A stretch of DNA of 63,378 bases, filler included, from Pelomyxa schiedti (taxonomy: Eukaryota > Protista > Evosea): NCBI GenBank assembly GCA_020536535.1. It is 10 parts of 10 records of this genome, joined end to end, with 100 filler letters (N's around TTAATTAATTAA, not from the genome) between each part and the next. Parts side by side here need not be neighbours in the genome. Positions count along the whole stretch, not along the records: positions 34,815 to 55,894 come from JAHLWZ010000678.1; 9 more parts are not named here. One strand, 5' to 3'. Positions 42,514 through 53,653 of the stretch are shown here, one piece after another. Each line of letters opens with the position of its first letter. The stretch's first letter is position 1. The translations under genes were made by a program, and so were the position numbers. The notes beneath the pieces were generated by a model, which saw only the letters and a list, made by a program, of their open reading frames with translations, did no database searches and was not told the origin of the DNA.

Positions 42514-44278
42514 ATGCGGGGGTTGTTGTGGTTGACGGTTGTAGTTATTTCGGCCTATGTGGTCGTCGGGGCCGAAGTTGTTGCGCGTGGCACAAAAACC
42601 TCGCCTACACACTCATTCACAGGTTTCTGGGTTTTTTTTTTTTTTTTTTTTTTTTTATTTTTTTTTTTGCGTAGTTGTGAGTTTGTATGCGTAGGAAGTG
42701 AAGAAAACAGTCAATATTGGACGTTCAAGTCACAATCCAAGGCCACCAACCCTGCATTTTATAGACTGACTGACGCGTCACCTCGTGTATCAGGTTCCTT
42801 ATGGAATACTGAAGTAAGTGACCTGCTTGAGTAATAACGCTTCTCATCTTTCGGACCTCAGAAAATGATGTCTTCAGACTGGGAAACTACAGTCGGCTTC
42901 AGGTTTTTAAGTTGTATGACAATAAAGAAACTTAGTTTTTCAGAGTATTTGGAGAGGCCACGAGTTACGGGGAAGGGATAGCCCTATGGTATGCAGATGA
43001 CCCCACAAAAGAAGGCATGTTGTTTGGGTATTCAGAAATGTTTTCTGGTTTACTTGTGGCCGTTTTTACCAATGAGGTTATTATCCACTGTTTGATAACA
43101 CTAACCGATACACAGAATCTCCCTTTGATTCAGGGCTTTGTTTGTAACGGGACGCGGTGAGCACGCCGCTTTCCATCTCTCTTTTTCTATTGCTTATCTT
43201 TTCAGTTCTTTTAAACGAATAGGCTCTTGCCAGTACAACTTCCGAGGAGAAACACCAACCTCGTATCTGAAAGTTCAATATTCGTCTACGCACTTGAGTG
43301 TCTGTAGTATATCCAATTTACCATTTAATGACTGACTGTTAACATCTCTCAATAGGTGCACCTCTCGTTCTTGGGTTCCGATTTGGTCAAGTGTTTTGAT
43401 GCACCCCTGACGTTACCCAACGGGTACTACTTGGGTGTCACTGCATCTACTACCGAGACATTACTTGGTCAGGTTCCCGAATTATTTATGCACTAAAATG
43501 ACTCGAATAAATATGAAGATACACACGACATTTATAGTCTTTTGACGACTGAACTGAGACCGGTTCCGGTATTAAATCCCCATGCAGCTTCCCCTAAAAA
43601 CAGACAGGAGCCAAGAAGGTTGACTGCTGAAGAAAGGAAAAAAACTAAAGAGCAAGGTTGGATACAACTTCTCCTGCCATGGATTTGACCATAAATCTCA
43701 GACCAGAAGATCAAAGGCCAAGTTAACGAGCTTACTAAAACCTTGGCAACTCACTCAAGGAACCTAGATGTGGGCCTTCTTAATAAATCATTACTAGTTA
43801 CTAATTTCACCAGGGTTTGGACGAAATGCGAAATATAAGGTTCCCAACAACAGGGTCCTTTGATAAAAGCTTACGCAATTTGTCCGTCATAAACTACCAG
43901 GACAGATTTTACACTTTCAGGTATACACTCCATCATCTACGAAATCCTTATTTGATGAAGACTACTTTTGGAACCCGTAGTTGGAAGTTTACAAAAAAGT
44001 CTGGATACATTTACAGCTGTTGCCACAGAAACAAAACAACTAGCGGACCAAGTTGCTGTGTGTATTTTTAATATACCCTCTCTTTCTGCTAACCCGCAAC
44101 ACAGAACATGAAAGCAAACCTCAAATCCACAACTGCCAATGTGAAAAGAGCCTTTGGAACCGATAGTCAATGGAGCTACAGCTTCTGGGCCCTCATTCTA
44201 GTTCTCGAACTCACACTGATCGCTGTTGTTTTTGTCATCAAAACAAAGAAGCCGGAGCTATCGCTCTCTTCCCATTGA
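42514..44278 (+). CDS. L-type lectin, ERGIC-53/VIP36/Emp47-like type I membrane protein
   Basis: Signal peptide, RLTDASPRVSGSLWN, GEGIALWY, LPNGYYLGVTAST, coiled-coil stalk, and a C-terminal TM segment FWALILVLELTLIAVVFVI. Confidence 0.8.
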
Positions 44279-44781
44279 CACTTCAACACTTCGTACCATG
44301 TCTGAAGAAACTCATCACATGTGCACTATGTTCTGTTCTCAACACGAAACCCACTTCTTCGTTGTGGAATCTTTCGTTTTTCCCGGAATGGAAAGTTTCC
44401 AGACCCATCACTTTAGACAAAAATCTATAAAGTTTGCTGCGTTATCAGGAAGGCACGCACCAAAAAAATACAAACCGTACAAAATCAAAAGTGCAGTGTC
44501 AGTAGGAGAACCGCTTGGATCAAAAATAAACAAGAAAGAAAAGAAATAACCGGTACCCTCATACTTTTAAAGACTGCAATCAATTGACGGTACTCCCCTG
44601 CGGTAATGCATCAACGCACCACGGCGAAACAAAAAAACAAAAAAACAACAAAACGTCATTGCGTGGTCGCTTTTATATCCACACCTAAAAAACAAAAAAC
44701 CATACGTAAGTACGTACGAACATTAACGTAAACTACACGGACCGTACGATTGATCGCTTTTGCAGATCTAAACCATACGCG

Positions 44782-46574
44782 ATGTCTACGGCTCAGATGA
44801 ACCTTGCGGACTTCCAACTTTTACAACAACCGTTTCCTGTACCGCCGCTCCCATCTGAGCCACCAACACCGCAATCGGTGCACCGTATTTTATCCACCCC
44901 ATCGCGCGCTACATCACCTCTTAATTCGAATGCCACGTCTCCGCCCGCTTCATCTCCCCCTCCTCCCACCAACACGTCCGGCGGATCGGAGCGCCCGAGT
45001 GCTCTCACCCAAATGATGAACCAGTCTTTGGCAACGCAAACAATTGCGGCACAACTACAACAACTGCAACAGCTGCAGTTCCAGCAACAGCAACTGCAAA
45101 TGCAATTGCTGCACTCCCATAAACAAGCACCACCGGAAAGCCATCCCGTACACTCAGCTCCAACCCCCATTCCACATTCAGCTCCACCCACTCCACAACC
45201 ACAAACACCTCTGCCAACTGTGCCCCTTTCTCCACTTCCTGCACTGGCAACTCAATCCCTTTCATCTCCAGTTTATAATGCCATACAGCAACAGTTGCTG
45301 CGCCACCTCGTCCTCCTCAAGCAACAAGCTGCAGCGGAAGAAAGATTTGCCAAGAATGGCATCCAGAAGAACGTACATGTGGTTGTAAAAAACAGCCCTT
45401 TTGTTGTGCAAGTTGGTCAAAATCCCCAAGCCCAGTTACCCCACTTCGACTTGAGCAGAATTGCATTTGAATGCAGTTTGGTTTATGACTCGGACGTCCC
45501 TGATCCACAATTATCTGCACAGCCTCTCAAGGTAAGATTTAGTACCAGTTAATTATTTTTTCTTAAAAACTTCCAGTATGTTGATTTTGTCCGAGTCAAA
45601 CCAATGGAGTTCAAAGCCGTTCCAAGTGAGCGGGGTGACCAAATATCTGTTGAGCTCCGAATAAAAGTGTTGACCAGCCAACATGAGGACATGTTCTTCA
45701 GGTTTCTCTTTCATAGAATCAGTTTTCTGGAAGTAATGTTCTTTTAGAGTTCTCATTCAAGGCCTGGACCCAATCACCCGAGCACCTATTGCAAATCTTA
45801 GGCTGTACACAGAGCCTATCAAAGTCATTAGCAAACCAGAACAAATTAAAAAAAGGTTTTATTCAAGGATTTCTGTTAGAAAACGTAATCTTCACCCAGG
45901 ATTTCAGAGGAAACACAAATTTCTGATACCAAGACGTAAGTACTTTCAAATATTTGAACTCCAACTTACATTCCTTTTCTTTAGACCTCGGACAATAAGC
46001 AATCCCGCCAACACCCCTGCTCTTACACCAAGGAAGCGTTCTCCCAACGATTCTCTTATGGAATCTATGGGTCGTATCGAGCAGCAGCAACAACAACACG
46101 GGAAAATGCTTGAACAAATTCTTGAGTTGCAACAACAGGCATCCCCTGCAAAGCGAGCTTGTACAAGTCCTCCCCCTAAATGTTAGCCATCCAGATATCT
46201 TATTCTTTTCCTTTAATGTTGGCTCAGGCTTGGAGATTGACTGTGACTTTGCTTCAGCATTCAACGGCCTTCTCAGGTCCTACAGTGCTCTCGACAGAGA
46301 TCACAGAGCTATCGCAGTGAGACAACTGATGCGATCAGTGAATCCTACTGACCTGGAAAATCTCTCCGAGATGATTGACATGTTCAGTGCCGGTATTAAC
46401 CCACAAATCAACATACATTACACCAAGTTTAACTCTTTCTTTTCCACAGAAGGACTGAAGAAGGAACTTGGACAAGCTGTTCCACCACCCGCATCCACAT
46501 CTCTGCCGATCCTCAACTGCGAGTTCGAGGAGTTCTGCAAAGACTTTGCCACAACACAGTCCTACTACTTTTGA
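44782..46574 (+). CDS. CudA-family transcription factor (Amoebozoa)
   Basis: P/Q-rich N-terminus, VVVKNSPF, VELRIKVLTSQHEDMFF, TEPIKVISKPEQ, and a C-terminal FASAFNGLLRSY...IAVRQL segment typical of CudA/ECudA proteins. Confidence 0.85.
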
Positions 46575-46792
46575 GAAACCAACGCCACACGTAGAGGTAC
46601 TACGTCATCTTGGCCTCCTCTGTAATTTAACTACCAACCCTGTGTGATTTGCACCACCGCCAGGTCGGTGCACTTTTAAATAGAATTATTTTTCTGTGTT
46701 AGAAATCAAGCTCTTTTAGAAAATTCCTTGTAGCAAAAAACTGAAAAACAAAATTCTTTTCCTCGTTCAATCTAATAAAAAAGTGCTAGCCG

Positions 46793-47319
46793 ATGGCGAA
46801 GCATCGTGCGTAACTCCAGTTCTCTTCGTTATGCTACAAACTAACACGCTGTGAAGATCCCGATTTGATTATGTGCCGAAAACAACCAGGCATCGCCATT
46901 GGACGCCTGTGTGAAAAGTGTATGCGGTTTTTTTTCCTCCCTTTTTGTCTTGCTCCTCTGCAACCCTTTCTTATTTACGTGTACTTGTAGGTGACGGGAA
47001 GTGTGTAATTTGTGATTCTTACGTGCGCCCGTGCACATTGGTACACATTTGTGATGAGTGCAATTACGGCTCTTACCAAGGGCGCTGTGTCATTTGTGGA
47101 GGTCCTGGTATTTCTGATGCCTATTACTGCAAAGAGTGCACAATACAAGAAAAAGATGTATGGCACTTTCCTTCGTTTGTGATACACGTCTCACTCAATA
47201 CCAAAAAAAAAAAAACCTACATACAACAGAGGGATGGATGCCCGAAAATTGTCAACCTCGGTAGCTCTAAAACTGACCTATTCTATGAGAGGAAGAAGTA
47301 CGGCTTCAAAAAACGATAG
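46793..47319 (+). CDS. PHF5A: PHD-finger splicing factor PHF5A/Rds3 (SF3b subunit)
   Basis: Spliced product MAKH|[21 protein letters not shown]|[56 protein letters not shown]|[29 protein letters not shown]. Confidence 0.98.
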
Positions 47320-47502
47320 TACCACCCTATGTTATACTCCACTGGCCCCTTCCTTGCCCTGTTCCACTTAGTCAATTCCTCTCTGTTTTTGTTGTGATTT
47401 GAGGCAAAGGACGAAGTAAAGTGACCCCATGCGTGTGAACCTCTCCTTATTGCTGTATTTTCCTTGGAAAAAACATAAAAAAGAAATTTTCTTTTCTTCT
47501 GT

Positions 47503-49119
47503 TCACTCGTCCTTGGCGTTTTTGTTGAATGCAAATGACAATACTAGTGGTGCTCCGCACAGTTGAAAACCTTGTGCCACTTCAAGTGCCTTTTGGGCTT
47601 CCTCGACTATTTTACTTTAGAGAAATTGGGAGTCAATTTTTAGTGCTGGGTACCTTGTTGGAAAGTGACAAATGCGGAGTGCCTTTTTCGAAGGAGTTTC
47701 ACAGTAATGTGAGGCGAAAATGAACCAAAAATGTTGTGGATGTCTTGTTGTAAAACAGGCTTCGCGATGTTTTTTACATAGAGTATCTATGGAACATGAT
47801 TCTGTGGCAATAAGCAAACAAGGAATCCTTACTTTGCTGGGTTTTCTGGGATTACTGCAGGGATTTAGTTCCGGATTGTTTTCAAGTAAAGCTGCCAGTT
47901 GCTCGGGTGTGGCACGTCTTGCCACAATCTCCTTAACAGTGAGGTGTGTAGTGCTACCTTGTGAGGGTGAAGAATTACCTATTTTACACGTTAAATTATT
48001 CTTGACAATTGCAAGGTGGAAGTACCTTCCACTTCTGTTACCTTGCCCTTTTTTCCTTCATTAAGGGGTTTGGGGTTGGGTGAGGGAGTAGCCTGGATTT
48101 CATTCTTTACATCGCTTGTGGATGAGGATGTGGATGAGGATGTGGATGTGGATGTGGATGTGGATGTGGATGTGGATGTGGATGTGGATGTGGATGTGGA
48201 TGTGGATGTGGATGTGGATGTGGATGTGGATGTGCTAGAGGACGTTGGGATTGGAGGAGCGGGTGGTAAAGAAGGCATATTATCGGCATCAATGGGAGGA
48301 AGAAGTGCCGGAGCAGGATACAAGAATTCAAACATTCGCCTTTCGTCAAAACTTTTAAGTAAAGAGCGTTCCAGTTCCCAAGCATGTCTTCCCAGGCCAT
48401 CATCAACTCTGGCGTGCTTCTGTATAAAGCTTAACGTGCGGGCTTGCAAACTTTCCGGTACTATATGAATAATATAGTTGGATTAGCTTACAGGCATTGG
48501 TTCAGAGACGGAACTAAAGCAAATAAAGAAATATTGTGGGAAGGTGTCAATTACCTTCGTAAAGATTTTTGGATCAGTCTTTTGCCAGTAACAATTTCTT
48601 CTAAGTTTTTCTTCTTCAATTTGTAGTCGCTAAGTTTCATCACACCTCCAACAAGTAATTGCTCCTGTGTATCTCCTGTAGAAAAATCTACTTTCTGAGC
48701 TCTGTGTGCCATTGGTTTTGGTTTTGATTGTTGTGGGCTCCGTATGAGGAAGAACGCTGCATACAATGACACATTCGGTGATAATTGCTTCTCCAACCGT
48801 TTCTTAAGTTCCAGTTGAATGATGTTTGGGCTCGACTTAATGGGTGCAACGCCGAGCTGCTGGTCCTCGAAAGGGATGCTGCCAAATGCAAAATATGTCA
48901 CATAATTCAATCGCACCACCCACGAACTACGCGCTCCCCCACGATCTTACTTGCTTCGTGTCGTCCTAATTACACCACGACTGCGGTACCTCGCGGGATT
49001 CCCACACGGTATGCCCGTGACCTACGTAAAATCACTATAACCAAACAAACAGACGAATGATCTTGTCGTACCTCGTAGCTTGTTGGATCTGGCTTGAATG
49101 GCCTCCCATTAACCGACAT
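47503..49119 (-). CDS. RBM41-like RRM protein (paralog family of U11/U12-65K/RNPC3)
   Basis: C-terminal RRM ILYVKNIAKPVLQQDIHNIFG...SAFVTF|..EAQKALEVAQGFQLCGAPLVLSFA, plus GRHAWELERSLLKSFDERRMFEFLY, which resembles RBM41 RREMEIEKSLF...FLKALY as recalled. No N-terminal RRM seen. Confidence 0.7.
48139..48234. repeat. (GATGTG)16 microsatellite encoding a Thr-Ser repeat
   Basis: Pure hexamer run inside an exon of the RBM41-like gene. Confidence 0.95.
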
Positions 49120-49301
49120 TAATTTGACAATCTCTAATCACAAAAAAAACAGAGTCCGTTTGAAGAGGGAAAAAACAAATTGATTCTTGTCGTTTGTTCC
49201 TCCTTCTGTGTGTACAGGGTTTTGTGTTCGCGCTCGCCGCTGTTTTTTGTTCCTTCGTCGATGGAACTTGTCCTTGGGGTTGGGACCCATAATCATCCTC
49301 C

Positions 49302-52300
49302 TTACTCACGGAGGAGCGCGGTGGTGATTCTCTTTGCGCGTAGGTCCTTGAGTGCAATAACCAGTTCGGAGACATTCTCCCACTCCTTGGCTGATTCCTC
49401 CTTGTGGTCAGCGGCCTTCTGGCGGTGCCTGAGGGCCTCTAGGCTGAGCTCCTTAACGCGCTTCTTGCGGTCCTGTTTGTGTTGGAAGATAGGTTAGATA
49501 TACAGTGAAGTTTAATACTTGTGTTCTAGCGCTCCGCGTTTGAATGTAGGTTTGTTTTTTTAGTAAAGATAATAGGGCTGTATACCAGGGACGACTTGAA
49601 GTCATAGTCGGATTTATGCTTATCGGGGTGCTCGTGGTGATCCGGCTTGTGCTCGTCGTGATGGTCGTGTTCCGGCTTGTGCTCGTCATGATCATGATCT
49701 TTGTGGTGTTCATCGGCATGCTCATCTGGCTTGTGCTCGTCATGCTCGGGCTTGTGCTCAGGCTCGTGGTGCTCCTCGTGCTTGGGCTCGTCATGGTGTT
49801 CATGGTCGGGTTTGTGATCATCGTGGTGCTCAGGCTTGGGCTCGTCATGATGCTCAGGCTCGTGGTGCTCCTCATGCTTGGGCTCGTCATGGTGTTCATG
49901 GTCGGGTTTGTGATCATCATGGTGCTCCGGCTCGTGGTGCTCCTCATGCTTGGGCTCGTAATGATGCTCAGGCTTGGGTTCGTCGTGCTCGGGCTTGGGT
50001 TCGTCATGATGCTCCTCGGGCTTGGGCTCATCGTGATGTTCCTCAGGCTTGGGTTCATCATGATGCTCGGGCTTGGGTTCGTCGTGATGTTCTTCGTGCT
50101 TGGGCTCATCGTGATGCTCGTGTTCATCGTGGTCCGGTTTGGCAACCGGGGGGGGCTCGGGGGTGGCCGCATTCCTCTCAGCCTCTTCCCTTTCCTTTTC
50201 TTTCCTGTCAGCCTCTTCCTTCTCCTTTACTTTCCTTTCGGCCTCTTCCTTATCTTTCCTTTCCTGAGCTTCTTTTGCTTTTTGTTCAGCCTCCTCTTTC
50301 AGTTTTTGAGCAGCCTCTGCTTCTTGTTGGGCTTCTGCAGCCTCTTTCTTCTCCAACTCTCTTTGCTGCTCTTCGTCAATAAGGTCGACACATTTATCAC
50401 AGAACGGCTCATTGGAAATTTGATAAAATTCCCCACTTTTCAGTGGTCCTTTGCAGTTGTAGCATTTGAAACAGCTCTCGTGGTAAGTGCGTTTGAGCTG
50501 CGATATCATAAGTAAGAAAAAGTAATTCCAATACAAACCGTCTTGACGAACTGAGTGCCCAGTACATTCTGTTTGCAAGCATAACACAAAACAGCAAAAA
50601 TTTTCTGGAAATCTTCAGAGCAGTAAAGTTTTCCGTCTTTCTTGCAATACGAGCCGGTGATTTTCACTTTGCAGTGATGACAAACAAAACAGTCTGAGTG
50701 TATCTTTTGTCCTTCTTCCAAAGTCACATAAGGTTGAGTCAATGGTTTCTTGCATACTAATGCACAGATTAAAAGGATGCCAACCATATGAAGAAAAACA
50801 AAAAATTTTCATACCTCCACACTTTTCCGCTGAACGTAACTGAGCTTGAGCACATGGTTGACACATAACCTCGTTATTTCTGGCAAAGAATTTATTGCTT
50901 GGGAACGGCTTCTTGCACTCTGTTTTTGGATGTGATTAAGCCTTTTCAAACGAGAGAAAGCAAACCTGCACAAACGAAACATTCAAAATGCCACATCCGG
51001 CCCACAGCCTTCAGGAGCTTTTGTGTGGTGAGTGTCGGCTTCTTGCATCGAAGGCAAAGGCTAGGGTCAACATCAGCCCCAAGAACAACGGCGGTCTTCT
51101 TTGGTGCTTCGGGTGCATCACTGGGTGGCATAGTCTACAAAAAAAAAAGTCAGTTCCACACGTATTTTCGTAGTTTTGGTACCATATGTTCTTCTTTGGC
51201 TGGCCCTAATTGAAAGACCTTGACAGGTCTAGGTGTAAAAAATCTAAGAGTGAATTTCCTCTCGTGTCCTGGATCAAATGTGGAAGGAATAACAATATAA
51301 GGGACCCTGGGCTTTATTTCAAACTTTGCAGTCTCTGGAGAACCTCATTAGTAGGGATAAAAGCACTTTCAATTTACCATCACGATCATTGGTGAAAGGA
51401 TCACTCTGGAAAACTCTGGTCTTGCGAGTCGCAGGAGCAATTGGTCTTGCGGGAACTTTGAAGTATAAGCTGGATACTGCCTTCGAAGAAGAGACAAGAG
51501 ACTACACACCTTTTGCTTCAAAGATATTTAGACCAATAGTCTTCCCATCGTCCTTGCCAGTACCGATTCTAAGATCTTCTTGAGAGAGCACCACGAAACA
51601 GAGCATTGGTTGATCATCATCACTCTGAATACCAAACTGGGGATTTTTGTACCAAGTGGTGGGATTATTTGGGCATCCACCAGCAGTCTCACCTTTCCAT
51701 TCATCCCGGAAAATGTAGTGGTAATGGGGGTCAACGCACTGAAAGCGGGTAAGTAATCACTTGCGTTTGTTCTTTTCTTACCTTTTCCGAGTAAAGGCGG
51801 CAAATGTACAACTTTGTGAACCAACGAGCAAAGTCCTTTACCCGTATCCTGAATGACATAAATAACGCAAGACATAAATTACAGAATGAAACCAGAATGT
51901 CCCATCATCTGCATCTACTTGGTGTAGCTGTTCCTTTATCTCTGGAGTCCACAGCGGACTTCCATCACTCCACTTACCAGTCCATTCTCTTTGTCCCCAA
52001 GGATTGCTAGAATAGTTGGTTAATTTGTTATTTTGGGTTTTTTGGAGAGAAACCGAATTTTGATGAGATTTGTTTTCTACATGCTATTAGAGGAAAAAAA
52101 AGGTTGGGAGGGAAAGCTCTACCTTATCCCCACGAGTAACAGAAGTAGCATAGATCAATGTGTATCTTAGGCATGTGAGAAAGGAGAAACTATGGCTACT
52201 TGCATACGTGTGCTTGGCCATGAGTCCAGTCTGTTGCATTTCTTCTTCTGGCAGGTTGCTCAGTGAGCTACTGCATCCTAAAAGCCATCCCCGATTTATG

Positions 52301-53079
52301 GCATAGGTAATGGCTGCCCACAACTTCTCTCTATCCTCCTTTCTGCGCTCCTTGGACGGCCATTTCAGTACTTCACCAGCACCAGATGTCAGGTCCGAAA
52401 ACGCATAAAGAACATTTCCAGATATAATACCCTTGGAGAGATTAATGGGGAATGGGGAAAAGAGGAAGGAGTACGTGATAACTGCCATGAACCTTAGCAT
52501 AGGCTTTCTCAAGAAGAGAAACCCCTGAAAGTGTTGTTAGGATACATGCCAACAAAAACTTGAGTAAACCTACATTGCTCGTTTGGATCCTTGCAGCGAG
52601 CAAACGCAGGTTTGCGATCAGCTGTGCAAGGCAATCGGTCATCCACACACACAGGCATCCATGAACCATTCTTCCAGAAACGGCAAATAAACAAACCAAT
52701 ATCAAGTTGGTAATCCACAAGTATGTTCTTTATCCTTTGTTTTTGAATAAGAACCAGAGAGAAGGAAGAGGCACAAACAATTCTGGTCGGTTTGCAGCAC
52801 AAGCCACAGCACCAAGGAAGTAGGAATCACGCAAATCGCCTTGTATAACATCGGTGTAGGTTGTACCATCCACTTCCAAAGCAGGGGCGTCTGTGAATTC
52901 ACTGGGTCTCAACCACACGAGCTTGTCTGCTATCGCTCGAAGAGGACTGCCCGTGAATGTAGAGTAAATTGATGTAAGGTCTGCGGGAAAAAGAGGATCA
53001 CAGAACTTCCCATCAACCAAGTGCTGTGGTGTTTCACAAAGCGTGTGAGATGAGGAAAAATATATAACCTGCAAAGACC

Positions 53080-53126
<47 letters not shown>

Positions 53127-53254
53127 GAACCGTCTTTGCATCGGCGACAATCGCGGCTATCGCGTCCGTATCGCTGGGGGGTGTAATAGAGCTCAAAACA
53201 CCAACTGCCGGTGTTGGTGTAGCTGCCGGTGGTGTCGCGGTACTAGTTGTCGCC
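49302..53254 (-). CDS. Calpain-like (CysPc with Cys-to-Ser, plus domain III) fused to three LIM domains, an E/K coil and a His-rich repeat
   Basis: CysPc motifs QGDLRDSYF, VDDRLP, LLEKAYAK, KHTY, IRNPWG and domain III motifs EWKGETAGGC, NPQF, YIVIPSTFDPG. A 48-nt phase-0 intron (51135-51182, GTACC...CTGAC...T-tract-TAG) joins EEHM to TMPPSD and the LIM domains (CLRCKK..WHFECFVC, HSDCFVCHHC, YHESCFKCYNC). The 3' end is approximate. Confidence 0.8.
49610..50140 (-). repeat. Coding tandem repeat of His/Glu/Pro/Lys/Asp (EHHDEPKP-like units)
   Basis: Visible in ORF 49526..50587: DEPKPEHH, DEPKHEEHH and EPEHHDDHKPDHEHH repeated. Confidence 0.95.
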
Positions 53255-53653
53255 ATTCCGCTGGTGCTTCTTTCGGCCTCTTGGGTTTAGGTTTTTTTTT
53301 GTTTTATGAAAAATTTTGTACGGGCAAAGTGTCCTTGGCTTTTTTGTACCGTTCTTCGTAGGGGAGGAATTTTTTCGATTTTTCGGAAGTTGCTCCACCG
53401 AAGGAACAAAAAATAAGCTTTCGGCTAAATGCAAATTTTATTTCGGGGCATCATCACATCACTCCTTGGAAATAAGTCTATTTCTGCTGAAGTCTTCCCT
53501 TCCCGCTATTGTTTCTTGTTGGAAAAGACTTGTTGTCCAAAACACTTGGCTCCCTCTTCTTTTCTTTTTTTACATTTTCTGGAAGTTGCACAAACTCTTG
53601 GTGGTGTGGAAATACCGTTGGAGGTTTGGAAGGAGGAGGAAGGAAAGGGGGAA

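Noticed and set aside
47283-47534. Minus-strand ORF overlapping the PHF5A stop, suggesting overlapping coding genes
   Set aside because: The RBM41-like gene ends at 47503-47505 in another frame, so this ORF falls in 3' UTR or intergenic DNA.
48016-48468. ORF with a long (VD)n run
   Set aside because: Antisense reading of the (GATGTG)n microsatellite.
49616-50515. 299-aa very hydrophobic ORF resembling a multi-pass membrane protein
   Set aside because: Antisense shadow of the His/Glu/Lys repeat exon.
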